Assembly (NCBI GenBank): GCA_963749075.1
Contig: CAVVLJ010000017.1
Span: 800,001-864,000, forward strand
Direction: 5' to 3'
From: an uncultured Pseudomonadota bacterium
Lineage (GTDB): Bacteria > Pseudomonadota > Alphaproteobacteria > JACZXZ01
DNA length: 64,000 nucleotides
The position numbers were made by a program, and so were the translations under genes. The notes beneath the pieces are model-generated. The model was not told the DNA's origin and ran no database searches. It was given only the letters and a program-made list of their open reading frames with translations. Position 1 is the stretch's first letter, and the number at the start of each line of letters is the position of its first letter. Below, piece by piece: positions 28,885-41,820 of the stretch.

Positions 28885-31800
28885 GGCGCCGGGGTCTCCC
28901 CGTGCTCCTCGCCGGCCGCACCCGAGATGCCGCGGCCGAGGCGCTGCGCCAGACGGTCGAAGGCCAGATAGATGACCGGCGTCGTGTAGAGGGTCAGGAG
29001 CTGGCTCACGATCAGGCCGCCGACGATGCTGACGCCGAGCGGATGGCGCAGCTCGGAGCCGGTGCCGGTGCCGACCATGAGCGGGAGCGCGCCTAAGAGG
29101 GCCGCCATCGTCGTCATGAGGATGGGGCGCAGCCGCAAGAGGCACGCCTGGTGGATGGCCTCGCGCGGCGGCTTGCCCTCGTTGCGCTCGGCATCGAGCG
29201 CGAAGTCGATCATCATGATGGCGTTCTTCTTGACGATGCCGATCAGGAGCACGATGCCGATGATGCCGATGATGCCGAGGTCGCTGCCGGCCACGATGAG
29301 GGCGAGGAGCGCTCCGACGCCGGCCGAGGGCAGCGTCGAGAGGATGGTGATGGGATGGATGAAGCTCTCGTAGAGCACGCCCAGCACGATGTAGACCGTC
29401 ACCACGGCGGCAAGGATGAGGAAGAGCTCGTTGTTGAGCGCGGCCTGAAAGGCGAGCATCTCGCCCTGGAAGCTGGTGAAGACGCTGGCCGGCATGCCGA
29501 TCTCCCGCTCCGCCGCCTTGATCTCGGTGACCGCGTTGCCGAGCGAGGCGCCGGGGGCGAGGTTGAACGAGACGGTGGAGGCGGGGAATTGGCCGAGGTG
29601 ATTGATCTGCAGCGGCGCCGTCTCCTCGCGTACCTGTGCGATCGCGGAGAGCGGCACCTGACCGCCGACCGCGGTCGAGGACGGCAGATAGATGGCGCCG
29701 AGATTGACGAGCGAGCCCTGGAACCTCGGTTCAGCCTCCAGGATCACGCGATACTGGTTCGACTGGGTGTAGATCGTGGAGATGATGCGCTGTCCGAAGG
29801 CGTCGTAGAGGGCGTTGTCGACGGTCGCCGGCGTGATGCCGAAGCGCGCGGCGCTGTCGCGGTCGATGTTGACGTAGGCGGTCAGCCCCTGGTTCTGCGC
29901 GTCGCTCGCCACGTCCGCGAGATCGGGGAGCTGGCTGATGCGCGCGACCAGCTTCTGCGACCAGCTCGCGAGCTCGTCGGGGTTGGCATCCTCCAGCACG
30001 AAGCGGTACTGGGTGCGGCTCACGGTGGCGTCGATGGTCAGGTCCTGCACCGGCTGCATGTAGAGCGAGATGCCGGCGACGCCTGCGATCTCCCGCTGCA
30101 GGCGGCGGATCACGGCACTCACGTCGGAGCTGCGCTCGTCGTGCGGCTTGAGATTGATGAGGAAGCGGCCGCTGTTGAGCGTCGTGTTGGTGCCGTCGAC
30201 GCCGATGAAGGAGGACAGGCTCTCCACGTCGCGGTCCTTGAGGACGGCCGCGGCCAGGGCCTCCTGGCGCTCGGCCATCGCCGCATAGGACATCGATTGC
30301 GGCGCCTCGGAGATGCCCTGGATGAGGCCGGTGTCCTGGACGGGAAAGAACCCCTTGGGGATGACGATGTAGAGGACCGTGGTGAGGACCAGGGTGCCGA
30401 CCGCGACCGCGAGCGTGAGCGGCTGGTGGTCGAGCACCCAGCCGAGCGTGCGGTCGTACTGCCGCACCAGCGCCTCGAACCATTCCCGGTTCTTGCGCTC
30501 GAAGAGCGACTCCTGCGCGGCCGTGCGGTGGCGCACGAGCTTGGCGCACATCATCGGCACGAGCGTCAGGGACACCACGGCGGAGATGAGGATGGTGACC
30601 GCGAGCGTCAGCGCGAACTCGCGGAAGAGGCGGCCCACCACGTCGCCCATGAAGAGGAGCGGGATCAGGACCGCGATCAGCGATATGGTCAGCGAGACGA
30701 TGGTGAAGCCGATCTGCTGGGAGCCCTTGAGCGCCGCCTGGAGCGGCGTGTCGCCCTCCTCGACGTAGCGCGCGATGTTCTCGATCATCACGATGGCGTC
30801 GTCGACGACGAAGCCGGTCGCGATGGTGAGCGCCATGAGCGAGAGATTGTTGAGGCTGAAGCCCAGGAGATACATGGCGCCGAAGGTGCCGACGAGGGAC
30901 AGCGGCACCGAGAGGCTGGGCATGACGGTGGCCGGAATGTTGCGCAGGAAGAGGAAGATCACCAGCACCACGAGGACGACCGCGAGCACCAGCTCGAACT
31001 CCACGTCGGCGACCGAGGCGCGGATGGTGATGGTGCGGTCGGTGAGCACGGCCACGTCGATCGCCGCGGGGAGCGAGCCCTGGAGCTGCGGCAGGAGGGC
31101 CTTGATGGCGTCCACCACCTCGATCACGTTGGCGCCCGGCTGGCGCTGCACGTTGAGGATCACCGCCGGCACGGTGTTCATCCAGGCCGCGAGCTTGGTG
31201 TTCTCGGCGCTCGACTTCACGTCGCCCACGTCGCTCAGGCGCACCGGCGCGCCGTTCTTGTAGGCGACCACCAGATCGCGGTAGTCGTCGGCGCTCTGCA
31301 GCTGGTCGTTGGCGTTGATCGTGTAGGCGCGCGTCGGTCCGTCGAAATTGCCCTTGGGCGTATTGACGTTGGCGTTGCTGATGGTGGTGCGCAGGTCGTC
31401 GATGTTGAGACCGTAGGCCGCCATCTTGCGCGGATCGAACTGCACGCGCAGCGCCGGGCGCTGGCCGCCGTTGATGCTGACCAGCCCGACCCCGGGCATC
31501 TGCGAGATCTTCTGTGCCAAGCGCGTGTTGGCCAGGTCCTCGACCTGGGGCAGCGGCAGCGTCTTCGAGGTGAGCGCCAGCGTGAGGATCGGCGCGTCGG
31601 CCGGATTGACCTTGGCATAGATGGGCGGCGCCGGCAGGTCCGACGGCAACAGGTTGCCGGCCGCGTTGATCGCCGCCTGCACCTCCTGCTCGGCCACGTC
31701 GAGGCTGAGGTCCAGGCTGAACTGCAGCGTGATCACCGAGGCGCCGGCCGAGCTGCTCGAGGTCATCTGATTGAGCCCCGGCATCTGCCCGAACTGGACC

Positions 31801-32003
31801 TCGAGCGGTGCGGTCACCGAGGAGGTGATCACGTCCGGGCTGGCGCCCGGATAGAAGGTCTGCACCTGGATGGTCGGATAGTCGACCTCGGGCAGCGCCG
31901 AGAGCGGCAGGAACTGGTAGGCGACGATGCCGACGAGGAGGATCGCCACCATGAAGAGCGAGGTGCCGACGGGCCTCAGAATGAAGGGCCGCGACGGGTT
32001 CAT
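28881..32003 (-). CDS. mdtB: RND efflux permease, MdtB-like
   Basis: [35 protein letters not shown]. Confidence 0.93.
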   Translation of the reverse strand: MNPSRPFILRPVGTSLFMVAILLVGIVAYQFLPLSALPEVDYPTIQVQTFYPGASPDVITSSVTAPLEVQFGQMPGLNQMTSSSSAGASVITLQFSLDLSLDVAEQEVQAAINAAGNLLPSDLPAPPIYAKVNPADAPILTLALTSKTLPLPQVEDLANTRLAQKISQMPGVGLVSINGGQRPALRVQFDPRKMAAYGLNIDDLRTTISNANVNTPKGNFDGPTRAYTINANDQLQSADDYRDLVVAYKNGAPVRLSDVGDVKSSAENTKLAAWMNTVPAVILNVQRQPGANVIEVVDAIKALLPQLQGSLPAAIDVAVLTDRTITIRASVADVEFELVLAVVLVVLVIFLFLRNIPATVMPSLSVPLSLVGTFGAMYLLGFSLNNLSLMALTIATGFVVDDAIVMIENIARYVEEGDTPLQAALKGSQQIGFTIVSLTISLIAVLIPLLFMGDVVGRLFREFALTLAVTILISAVVSLTLVPMMCAKLVRHRTAAQESLFERKNREWFEALVRQYDRTLGWVLDHQPLTLAVAVGTLVLTTVLYIVIPKGFFPVQDTGLIQGISEAPQSMSYAAMAERQEALAAAVLKDRDVESLSSFIGVDGTNTTLNSGRFLINLKPHDERSSDVSAVIRRLQREIAGVAGISLYMQPVQDLTIDATVSRTQYRFVLEDANPDELASWSQKLVARISQLPDLADVASDAQNQGLTAYVNIDRDSAARFGITPATVDNALYDAFGQRIISTIYTQSNQYRVILEAEPRFQGSLVNLGAIYLPSSTAVGGQVPLSAIAQVREETAPLQINHLGQFPASTVSFNLAPGASLGNAVTEIKAAEREIGMPASVFTSFQGEMLAFQAALNNELFLILAAVVTVYIVLGVLYESFIHPITILSTLPSAGVGALLALIVAGSDLGIIGIIGIVLLIGIVKKNAIMMIDFALDAERNEGKPPREAIHQACLLRLRPILMTTMAALLGALPLMVGTGTGSELRHPLGVSIVGGLIVSQLLTLYTTPVIYLAFDRLAQRLGRGISGAAGEEHGETPAP

Positions 32004-32040
32004 CCAGGCCCGCCCCGGCGGGCCGCACCGCCCTCCCGGC

Positions 32041-33444
32041 TCATGGGGCGTTCGTGTGCTTGTGCCGCCGGCCCGGCTGCTGCTGGTCGCCGCCCGCCGG
32101 CGTCGCGGGAGCCTTTGCAGCACCCGCCGCCGCCGCGGGCGGCGTTGCCGCACTTCCTGCGGGCGCCGGCGCCGCCGCACTCCCCACGGGCGCCTGCGTT
32201 GCCGTGCCCGCTGCGGCCGCCGGTGCGGCGGCCTTGGCACCGCTCTCCTGGCGCAGCGAGACCTTGGCGCCGTCGCGCAGCTTGTCGGCGCCGTCCACCA
32301 CCACGCGGTCGCCGGGCGAGATGCCCGAGCTCACGGCGACGCGCTCGCCCTGGGTGGGGCCCAGCTTGATGGGCTTCACCGCGACCGTATCGTCGGCATT
32401 GATCATATAGACGAAGGTGCCGGGCGCGCCGCGCTGCACTGCCGCACTCGGGATGACGGTGGTGTCGTGCAGCGTGTCGACCAGCAACTGGATATTGACG
32501 AACTGGTTGGGATAGAGGTTCTCGGGGTCGTTGGCGAAATCGGCGCGCATCTTGAGCGTGCCGGTCGTGGTATCGATCTGGTTGTCGACGTTGGAGAGCA
32601 CGCCGGTCGCGAGCTTGACCGTCTGGCTGCGGTCATAGGCGACCGCCTGCAGCTTGGCGCCCGAGCGCAGCCGCTTGAGGATGGCCGGAAGATTGTCCTC
32701 GGGCACGGTGAAGATCACCGAGATCGGCTGCATCTCGGTGATCACCACGATGCCGTTCGCGTCGCTCAGCTGCACGTAGTTGCCCTGATCCACCTGGCGC
32801 AGGCCGACGCGGCCGGTGACCGGCGCCGTGATGTGGCAATAGACGATGTTGAGCTTGGCGGTATCGATCTGCGCCTGATCGGTCTTGACCGCGCCCTCGA
32901 GCTGGCCCACCAGCGCCGACTGGGTGTCCAGCGTCTGCTTGGCGATCGAGTCCTGCTTCACCAGCGTGCGGTAGCGCGCGAGGTCGAGATTGGCGTCGGT
33001 CAACTGGGCCTGGTCCTTGACGAGCTGGCCCTGCGCCTGCGCGAGCGCCAGCTCATAGGGCCGCGAGTCGATCTCCGCCAAAGGGTCGCCCTTATTGACG
33101 AGCTGGCCCTCCTGGAAGTCGAGGTGCATGAGCTGGCCGTTGATCTGCGTCTTCACCGTCACGGTGGCGAGCGGCGTCACGGTGCCGAGCTCATTGAGCA
33201 GCACGTCGATGTCGCCCTTGACGGCGGCCGCCTCGACGACCGGCATCGGGCCGTTCATGGCGAAACGCCCGCGGGGAGCCTGCGCCGCCGGGCGCGTATG
33301 GATCCACCAGCCGACCCCGATCGCCACGGCGAGGACGGCGGCGAGCCCGAGGAAGAGGCGCAGGCGCGAGCGGGGCCGGGGCGCCGGCGGGCGCAGCTTC
33401 GGCTTGCCTTTCTCGGTTTCCGGCGGCGCGATCACATCGTTCAT
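32041..33444 (-). CDS. mdtA: RND periplasmic adaptor, MdtA-like
   Basis: TM anchor, lipoyl/hairpin motifs ([19 protein letters not shown]) and Ala/Pro-rich tail. Confidence 0.92.
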   Translation of the reverse strand: MNDVIAPPETEKGKPKLRPPAPRPRSRLRLFLGLAAVLAVAIGVGWWIHTRPAAQAPRGRFAMNGPMPVVEAAAVKGDIDVLLNELGTVTPLATVTVKTQINGQLMHLDFQEGQLVNKGDPLAEIDSRPYELALAQAQGQLVKDQAQLTDANLDLARYRTLVKQDSIAKQTLDTQSALVGQLEGAVKTDQAQIDTAKLNIVYCHITAPVTGRVGLRQVDQGNYVQLSDANGIVVITEMQPISVIFTVPEDNLPAILKRLRSGAKLQAVAYDRSQTVKLATGVLSNVDNQIDTTTGTLKMRADFANDPENLYPNQFVNIQLLVDTLHDTTVIPSAAVQRGAPGTFVYMINADDTVAVKPIKLGPTQGERVAVSSGISPGDRVVVDGADKLRDGAKVSLRQESGAKAAAPAAAAGTATQAPVGSAAAPAPAGSAATPPAAAAGAAKAPATPAGGDQQQPGRRHKHTNAP

Positions 33445-33719
33445 CTGAGACCGTCAAAAAGCGGGCACCCCACGGTGCGGACGGGGGGGTGCGCAAGCAT
33501 CCGGCCGACTTCCCGGAAAGAAGCCGGCGATGCCCGCTTCTATATATGCCGAACGAGGAGATTCCCTGTCTACCAATGCTCCCCCGAGGCCGGGACCGGT
33601 GCCGCGATTGTCCGCTATTATTGCTTTTTGACAAAGGCCATTTGCAGCCGCGGCGATCCCCGGCCGGGGGCGCCGGAGGCGGGCTCGACAGCCGCCCGGG
33701 GCTGCGGCATGGTGCCGGC

Positions 33720-35237
33720 ATGGCACGGACCCCGAAGAGGCGCCCTCGGACGCGGCGCGACTCGGCGGCACTCCTCGACAACCTCGCACTCGACGAGGCC
33801 GCGGGCGGCGGCCGCGCGCGCCAGGTCTACCGCTCGATCCGGGCGCTCATCCTCTCGCGCGCGCTCAGGCCCGGCAGCAAGCTGCCCTCCACGCGCTCGC
33901 TCGCCCGCCACCTCAAGCTCGCGCGGACGACCGTGATCGCCGCCTTCGAGCTCCTTGCCGCGGAGGGCTATATCGAGGGCGCCCACGGCTCCGGCACCTT
34001 CGTGCCCGAGGCGCTCGAGCGCGAGCTCCTGGCGCGGCCCCAGCGCCGCGCGCTTGCCAAGGCGCCGAGCCGGCCGCAGCTCTCGGCGCGCGGCCAGTTC
34101 CTCCGCCGCCTGGCGCCACGCGCGGCCGCCTCCGAGCTCAGGATCTTCGCGCCGGGCATCCCGGCGCTCGACGCCTTCCCCTTCGAGGAGTGGCGGCGCC
34201 TCCTCGCGCGCGTGAGCCGGCGCGAGGGCCGCACGCTCTTCCATGCCGCCGACCCGCGCGGCTGGCCACAGCTGCGCCGGGCGATCGCCGCCTATCTCGG
34301 CCCGGCGCGCGGCGTGCTGTGCGAGCCCGATCAGGTGATCATCCTCTCGAGCGCGCGCCAGGCGGTCGATCTCGCGGCGCGCCTGCTCGCCGATCCGGGC
34401 GACACGGTGTGGGCCGAGGAGCCGGGCTATCCCGAATCGCGCGCCGCACTCGAGGCCGCGGGCCTGACGCTGGCACTGGTCCCGGTCGACGCCGAGGGCC
34501 TCTCGACCGAGGCGGGCCGCAGGCGGGCACCCCATGCCAGGCTCGCCTCGGTGACGCCGTCGCACCACTATCCGCTCGGCACCACCATGAGCCTCTCGCG
34601 CCGGCTCGACCTCCTCGAGTGGGCGCGGGAGAGCGGCGCCGTCGTCATCGAGGACGATTTCAACGGCGAGTTCCGCTACGGCGGGCGGCCGCTCACGGCA
34701 CTCTACGGCCTCGACGGCGGCGAGCGCGTCATCTATGCCGGCACCTTCAGCCGGGCACTCTTCCCGGCGCTGCGCCTGGCCTACATGGTGTCGCCGGCGC
34801 CGCTCACCGACGCCTTCGTGGCGGCGCGCGGCCAGCTCGACGGCTACGCCGTCGCCGTGACGCAAGCCGCCGTGGCCGAGTTCATGGAGGCGGGCTCCTT
34901 TGCCGCCCACATCCGGCGCATGCGCGCACTCTACAAGGAGCGCCAGGAGACGCTTCTGGCGCTCGCCCGGCGCCATCTCGCGGGCGCCCTCGAGCTGGAG
35001 GCGGCCGACGCCGGGCTCCATCTCGTGGGGCGCCTGCCGCCGGGCGTCTCCGACGAGCGCGTGGCGGCGGCACTCGCCGGCACGCGCGTCGCCCCGGGCC
35101 TCCTCTCGCGCTTCTACGGCGGCGGCAAGGGTGCGCGCTCCGGCCTCCTCCTCAACTACGCCCCCTGGGACGCGCCCGAGCTCCACGAGGGCGTGCTGGC
35201 GCTCGCGAGTGCCATCGCGGCGGCGAGGGGGCGCTGA
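33720..35237 (+). CDS. MocR/GabR-type GntR regulator with PLP aminotransferase domain
   Basis: LPSTRSLA..ARTTV wHTH; TPSHHYPLG, IEDDF, GTFSR. Confidence 0.92.
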   Translation: MARTPKRRPRTRRDSAALLDNLALDEAAGGGRARQVYRSIRALILSRALRPGSKLPSTRSLARHLKLARTTVIAAFELLAAEGYIEGAHGSGTFVPEALERELLARPQRRALAKAPSRPQLSARGQFLRRLAPRAAASELRIFAPGIPALDAFPFEEWRRLLARVSRREGRTLFHAADPRGWPQLRRAIAAYLGPARGVLCEPDQVIILSSARQAVDLAARLLADPGDTVWAEEPGYPESRAALEAAGLTLALVPVDAEGLSTEAGRRRAPHARLASVTPSHHYPLGTTMSLSRRLDLLEWARESGAVVIEDDFNGEFRYGGRPLTALYGLDGGERVIYAGTFSRALFPALRLAYMVSPAPLTDAFVAARGQLDGYAVAVTQAAVAEFMEAGSFAAHIRRMRALYKERQETLLALARRHLAGALELEAADAGLHLVGRLPPGVSDERVAAALAGTRVAPGLLSRFYGGGKGARSGLLLNYAPWDAPELHEGVLALASAIAAARGR

Positions 35238-35325
35238 GCAAGGGAGACGAGATCGCCGGCGGATTGTGGTAAGACGTGCGCCGCTGCGGAAGAGCGGCGG
35301 GCGGCGAGGAGAGAGGGAGGACGCC

Positions 35326-35574
35326 ATGCTGCAACTACGGCCGAGCTGCGAATGCTGCGACCGCGAGCTGCCGCCCGCATCGGCGGAGGCGATGATCTGC
35401 TCGTTCGAATGCACCTTCTGCCGGGCCTGCGCCGAAGGCGTGCTCGGCGGGCGCTGCCCCAACTGCGGCGGCGAGCTGGTGCGCCGCCCCATCCGGCCGG
35501 CGGAGAAGCTCGCCAAGTATCCGGCGTCTCGGGAGCGCAAGGTCAAGCCGCAAGGCTGCCCGGCCGCGGCGTGA
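35326..35574 (+). CDS. DUF1272 family Cys-rich protein
   Basis: MLQLRPSCECC..ICSFECTFC..CPNCGGELVRRP; RBS GGAGG. Confidence 0.88.
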   Translation: MLQLRPSCECCDRELPPASAEAMICSFECTFCRACAEGVLGGRCPNCGGELVRRPIRPAEKLAKYPASRERKVKPQGCPAAA

Positions 35575-35579
35575 GCGCC

Positions 35580-36332
35580 ATGAACGCCATCGTTCTCGCG
35601 GGCAAGAGGGCCGTGGTCACGGGTGCCGCGCGCGGCATCGGCTACGCCATCGCCGAGCGCCTCATCGCCTCGGGCGCCGCGGTTGCCGTGTGGGACCTCG
35701 ACGAGCGCGCCGCGCACGCCGCGGCAGGACGGCTCGCGAGCCGCGGCGAGGCCCACGCCGAAGCGCTCGACGTGACCGACGAGGCGGCGATCGCGCGGGC
35801 GCTCGCGGCCACGGAGAAGCGCTTCGGCGCCGTCGACATCCTGGTCAACAACGCCGGCATCGCCGGCTCCAACGCCAAGACTTGGGACTACGACCCGGCC
35901 GAGTGGCGGCGCATCGTCGAGATCGACCTCGTCGGCGTCTATCTCTGCTGCCGCGCCGTGCTGCCCGCCATGCTGGCGCGGGGCTACGGCCGCATCGTCA
36001 ACATCGCCTCCGTCGCCGGCAAGGAGGGCAATCCGAACGCGTCTGCCTACAGCGCCGCCAAGGCCGGCGTCATCGCGCTCACCAAGTCGCTCGGCAAGGA
36101 GCTCGCGCAGAGCGGCGTCATCGTCAATTGCGTGACGCCCGCGGCCGTCGAGACCGACATCTTCGCCCAGATGTCCAAGGCGCACATCGACTTCATGCTC
36201 TCCAAGATCCCCATGGGCCGCTTCGGCAAGGTCGAGGAGGTGGCGGCACTCGTCGCCTGGCTCGCCTCTGCCGACTGCTCGTTCTCGACGGGCGCCACCT
36301 TCGACATCTCGGGCGGGCGCGCCACCTACTGA
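35580..36332 (+). CDS. SDR family oxidoreductase
   Basis: TGAARGIG, NNAG, YSAAK, SGGRATY. Confidence 0.92.
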   Translation: MNAIVLAGKRAVVTGAARGIGYAIAERLIASGAAVAVWDLDERAAHAAAGRLASRGEAHAEALDVTDEAAIARALAATEKRFGAVDILVNNAGIAGSNAKTWDYDPAEWRRIVEIDLVGVYLCCRAVLPAMLARGYGRIVNIASVAGKEGNPNASAYSAAKAGVIALTKSLGKELAQSGVIVNCVTPAAVETDIFAQMSKAHIDFMLSKIPMGRFGKVEEVAALVAWLASADCSFSTGATFDISGGRATY

Positions 36333-37867
36333 GCGCCCGCGCGCGCCCCGTGCGACCGCGCGAGCGGCAGGATCGCGAGCGAGAGCACGAAGATGAGGCC
36401 CAGCACGAGCCACGCCTCGTTGAAGGAGAGCACGAGCGCCTCGGGCTTGATGTAGGGTGCGAGGTACGCCTTGGCCACCGCGGCGGGCATCGCCCTGGGC
36501 GAGACGAGCGGCGGCAGGTGGAGGAGACGCGCGGTCGCGGCATCGCCGGCCTTGAGCCGGGCGAGGAGTGCCGCGGCATGAACCGCCGGCCGCTGCTCGA
36601 GGATCGTGTCGACGAGTGCGATGCCGATGGCGCCGCCGAGATTGCGCATGAGGTTGAAGAGGGCGCTCGCGTTGGCGATGGCGTCGCCCACGCGGCCCTC
36701 GAGCGCCATGGTGGCCGTCGGCAGGATGCACAGCATGAGGCCGGCGCCGCGCAGCGCCTGCTGCCAGCAGAGGCCGAAGAAGTCCGTCTCGTCGGTCATG
36801 AAGCCGTTGCCGATCAGCCCGGCGGCGAAGAGCGCGTAGCCGAGCGCCGTCACGAGGCGCGCGTCGTAGCGCTTCTCGGCGGCGGCGGCGATGGGCGCCA
36901 CCACCAGCTGTGCGGCGCCGGTCACGATCATGATCTCGCCGATCTCGAGCGGCGTGTGGCCCCGCACGTAGCCGAGGAAGAGCGGCAGCAGGTAGATCGA
37001 GCCGTAGAGGCCGATGCCGAGCACGAAACTGTAGGCGCAGCCGACGGTAAAGACGCGATCCGCAAAGGCGCGGAGATCGACGAGAGGCTCGCTGCGGCGG
37101 AGGCACTGCCGCACGGCGGCGAAGCCGCTCACGGCGAGGATGGCGAGGAGCGTTGCGACATAGAGCCCGTGCCATTCCCGCTTCGGCCCCTCCTTGAGCA
37201 CGATCTCGAGGCTGGCGAGGAACACCGCGGCAAACGCCACGCCGGCGTAATCGAGCCGCGCGAGAAGACGCCACTCGGGCCGCCCCACGCGCACCAGCGC
37301 GCCGACCGCGAGCACGACCACGAGGCCGGGGGGAAGGTTGACGAGGAAGAGCCAGTGCCAGGAATAGGTCTCCGTGATGTAGCCGCCCACGGCCGGGCCG
37401 AGCGTCGGCGCCACCATGGCGAAGACGCCGGCGATGGTGGTGGCCAGCACATGGTCGCGCTGCGGAAACATCACGAAGACCGCGGTGAAGACCGTCGGGA
37501 TGACGGCGCCGCCGCAGAAGCCCTGGATCACGCGGAAGAAGACGAGCGACGCAAAGCCCCCGCTTGCGGCGCAGCCGACGCTCGCCACGAGGAACCCCCC
37601 GATCGAGGCGGCAAAGAGCCCGCCCAGCGTGAAGACCCGCGTGAGCCGCGCGGTCAGCGGGATGGCGACGATCTCGGCGATGAGATAGGCGGTCTGCACC
37701 CAGCTCAGGTTGTCGGGCGCGATGCCGAGCGCCTTCTGGATCTCGGGCAGCGAGCTCGCCACGATCTGGATGTCGAGAATCGCCATGAACATGCCGAGGC
37801 ACATGGCGAGAAAGCCAAACCATGCCGCGGACCGGGCGTGAGCTGCGATTTCCACACTCTCCGTCAT
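36326..37867 (-). CDS. DHA2-family MFS efflux transporter (EmrB-like)
   Basis: MAILDIQIV, WVQTAY, PTLGPAVGG, RNLGG. Confidence 0.92.
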   Translation of the reverse strand: MTESVEIAAHARSAAWFGFLAMCLGMFMAILDIQIVASSLPEIQKALGIAPDNLSWVQTAYLIAEIVAIPLTARLTRVFTLGGLFAASIGGFLVASVGCAASGGFASLVFFRVIQGFCGGAVIPTVFTAVFVMFPQRDHVLATTIAGVFAMVAPTLGPAVGGYITETYSWHWLFLVNLPPGLVVVLAVGALVRVGRPEWRLLARLDYAGVAFAAVFLASLEIVLKEGPKREWHGLYVATLLAILAVSGFAAVRQCLRRSEPLVDLRAFADRVFTVGCAYSFVLGIGLYGSIYLLPLFLGYVRGHTPLEIGEIMIVTGAAQLVVAPIAAAAEKRYDARLVTALGYALFAAGLIGNGFMTDETDFFGLCWQQALRGAGLMLCILPTATMALEGRVGDAIANASALFNLMRNLGGAIGIALVDTILEQRPAVHAAALLARLKAGDAATARLLHLPPLVSPRAMPAAVAKAYLAPYIKPEALVLSFNEAWLVLGLIFVLSLAILPLARSHGARAGAQ

Positions 37868-37898
37868 GGGCGCGCCGGCGCTCCCGATCGTTCGGCCA

Positions 37899-38738
<840 letters not shown>

Positions 38739-38780
38739 CTATACTCTCTGCTGCCCAAGAGCCACCCCGAGGATATTGCC

Positions 38781-40322
38781 ATGGCCGTGAGCCCGGCGCT
38801 GACCATCCGCCTCAACCCCGCCGACAACGTAGTGATCGCGCGCGCCGACATTCTCCCCGGCACCGCGATCCCGGGCGAGGGGGTGGCAACGCGCGGGCAC
38901 ATCCCCTCGGGCCACAAGCTCGCCGTGCGCGCCATCGCCGAGGGCGAGGCGATCCTGCGCTACGGCCAGATCATCGGCTTCGCCACGGCGGCCATCGCGG
39001 CCGGCGAGCATGTGCATACCCATAACTGCGGCATGCAGGACTTCGCGCGCGACTATGCCTATGGCGTGAACGCCAGGCCGACCGAGGGCGCCAACGACGT
39101 GGCGAGCTTCGCCGGCATCCGGCGCGCCGACGGCCGCGTGGCCACGCGCAACTACCTCGGCATTCTCACCTCGGTCAATTGCTCGGCGGGCACCGCCAAG
39201 CTCATCGCCGAGGCCTTCCGCACCAATCCCTTCACCGGCGAGGGCCTGCTCGCCCAATACCCGAACGTCGACGGCGTCGTGGCGCTCACTCACAAGACCG
39301 GCTGCGGCATGGCCGGCGAGGGCGAGGGCATGGACGTGCTGCGCCGCACCATCGCGGGCTACGCGCGCCACCCGAACTTCTTCGCCGTGCTCATGGTGGG
39401 CCTCGGCTGCGAGGCGAACCAGCTCGGCGGCATCTTGCGCGCCGAGGGCCTGGCCGAGGGCGAGCTCCTGCAGACCATGACCATCCAAGAGACGGGCGGC
39501 GTCGCCAAGACCGTGCGCGAGGGTGTCGAGCGCATCAAGGCGCTGCTCCCCGAGGCGCAGAGGGCGCGGCGCGAGACGCTGCCGGCGAGCCACATCACGG
39601 TCGGCCTCCAGTGCGGCGGCTCGGACGGCTATTCGGGCATCTCGGCCAACCCGGCCCTCGGTGCGGCCTCCGATCTCCTGGTGCGCCACGGCGGCACGGT
39701 CATCCTCTCGGAGACGCCGGAGACCTACGGCGCCGAGCATCTCTTGACGCGCCGTGCCAAGAGCCGCGCGGTCGGCGAGAAGCTCGTCGCGCTCATGAAG
39801 TGGTGGGAGGAATATACCGCCAGAAACGGCGGCGAGATGAACCACAACCCCTCCCCCGGCAACAAGGCGGGCGGCATCACCACCATCCTCGAGAAGTCGC
39901 TGGGTGCCGCGGCCAAGGCGGGCACCACGAACCTCGTCGAGGTCTACCGCTATGCCGAGCCGGTCGAGGCCAAGGGCTTCGTCTTCATGGACACCCCCGG
40001 CTACGATCCGGTATCGGCGACCGGCCAGGTCGCGGGCGGCGCCAACCTGGTCTGCTTCACCACCGGCCGCGGCTCGGTCTACGGCTGCAAGCCGGCACCC
40101 TCGCTCAAGCTCGCCACCAACACGCCGCTCTACGAGCGCATGCGCGACGACATGGACATCAACTGCGGCACCATCGTCGACGGCAGCGAGACGGTCGCCG
40201 AGTGCGGCAAGCGCATCTTCGAACTCATGCTCAAGACCGCGTCGGGAGAGAAGACCAAGAGCGAGGCGATGGGCCTCGGCGACGACGAGTTCGCCCCCTG
40301 GCAGCTGGGCGCCGTGATGTAG
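38781..40322 (+). CDS. UxaA/GarD family sugar-acid dehydratase
   Basis: N-terminal SAF domain (GHKLA..YGQIIG), CGGSDG, NPSPGNKAGG, FTTGRGS. Confidence 0.92.
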   Translation: MAVSPALTIRLNPADNVVIARADILPGTAIPGEGVATRGHIPSGHKLAVRAIAEGEAILRYGQIIGFATAAIAAGEHVHTHNCGMQDFARDYAYGVNARPTEGANDVASFAGIRRADGRVATRNYLGILTSVNCSAGTAKLIAEAFRTNPFTGEGLLAQYPNVDGVVALTHKTGCGMAGEGEGMDVLRRTIAGYARHPNFFAVLMVGLGCEANQLGGILRAEGLAEGELLQTMTIQETGGVAKTVREGVERIKALLPEAQRARRETLPASHITVGLQCGGSDGYSGISANPALGAASDLLVRHGGTVILSETPETYGAEHLLTRRAKSRAVGEKLVALMKWWEEYTARNGGEMNHNPSPGNKAGGITTILEKSLGAAAKAGTTNLVEVYRYAEPVEAKGFVFMDTPGYDPVSATGQVAGGANLVCFTTGRGSVYGCKPAPSLKLATNTPLYERMRDDMDINCGTIVDGSETVAECGKRIFELMLKTASGEKTKSEAMGLGDDEFAPWQLGAVM

Positions 40323-40365
40323 CGAGGCGCTGCGGCCGCCGCGCCAGCGCGAGAAGAAATCCCGC

Positions 40366-41668
40366 TCAGCCGAGCTCCGCCTCGATCCAGCGCGCTTCGG
40401 CGAGGAGCTCCTGGTCGCGCTGGAAGCGGCCGACGAGCTGTACGCCGACCGGCAGGCCGCGCTCGCCTCGTCCCGCGGGGAGCGAGAGGCAGGGTACGTG
40501 GAGCAGCGTCCATTGCCGGTTGAAGACGGGATCGCCGGTGGCCAGGCCCAAGGGCGCCTCGCCGGGAGCGCTCGGGGTGAGGAGCGCTGCCACCTTGGCG
40601 AAGACGCCGTCGAAGGCGGCGCGCGCGGTGGCGGCGTGGTGGAGGGCCGCCTCGTAGTGCCGCTCGGGAATGGCCTGGGCCTCCTCGAGGAGCTCGACGA
40701 GCTTGACGCTCAGCTTCTCCCGGTGGCCGCGCAATTCGCCGCCGTAGGAGAGCCGCGCCTCGAAGGCGAGGATCGTCTGCTGCACCTCGTTGAGCTCGCG
40801 GCAGGCCTCGGGCAGCTCGAGCTCGACGACCTCGATGCCGGCAGCGCGCAGCACGCCGGCAACGCGCTCGAGCGCTGCACGAGTTCGCAGGCTCGGCCTT
40901 CTCCCAATATTCGGTGCGGCAGAGGCCGATGCGCCTCGGGCGCTCGGAGACGAGCTCGGGGAGCGCGGTGTCCTCGCCCGCGAGCACGCGCCACAGGAGC
41001 TCGGTATCCGCAATTCCGCGCGCGAAGGTGCCGAGCGTATCGAGGGAGGGCGAGAAGGGCTTGACGCCGGCGATGTCGATGGCGCCGTGGCTCGGCTTGA
41101 AGCCCACCACGCCGCAAAAGGACGCGGGTCGCAGCACCGAGCCCGCGGTCTGGCTGCCGAGCGCCGCCGGCACCATGAAATCGCCGACCGCCGCCGCCGA
41201 GCCGCTCGAGGAGCCGCCGGGCGTATGGGCCGCATTGTGCGGGTTGCGCGTCTTGCCGGGCGTGAAGAAGGCGAACTCGGTGGTCACCGTCTTGCCGAGG
41301 ATGACCGCACCCGCCCGGCGCAGCTTGGCGACCGTGGCGGCGTCGGCCGCCGGACGGTTGCCGGCGTAGATGGGCGAGCCGTGCTCGGTCGGCGCATCGC
41401 GCGTGTCGAAGATGTCCTTGATGCCGACCGGCACGCCGTGGAGCGGGCCGCGCGGCTCTCTGCGGTCGCAGGCCCGCGCCGCGGCGAGCGCTGCCGCCGG
41501 GTCGAGGTGCTGCCAGGCCGCCACCACGGGCTCGCGCGCCGCAATGCGCTGAAGGCACGCGTCGACGAGCGCCTCGGAGGAGAGCGCGCCCTCCCTGATG
41601 CGCCGCGCCGCCTCGGCCGCCCCCAGCTCGTTGAGCCGCTCGCCGGTTCCGCTCTCAGCCCACGTCAT
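40366..41668 (-). CDS. Amidase signature family enzyme, frameshifted at ~40884
   Basis: GIKD, GGSSSGSA, GSQTAGS..RPASFCG; C-terminus (LPVGVQLVG) in another frame; removing one base at GAGTTC restores EPATRAALE. Confidence 0.85.
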
Positions 41669-41820
41669 GCTCCGCTCTCCCAGCTCCGCTCGGGCCGGCA
41701 CTCTCCTCTATAATGCCGCTGCCGTCGAGCCCTGCGGCACGCTGGCGGCACTTGCGCCCGACGAGCCACCTGTGATTGTCTTGCCGGGCGGCTCGCATTC
41801 GGGCCACGAGGTAGAGCGAC

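Noticed and set aside
32050-32240. GC-rich quasi-repeats in the mdtA tail, and the CCT-rich tract at 52511-52540
   Set aside because: They encode Ala/Pro and Pro/Ser linkers; not a separate repeat system.
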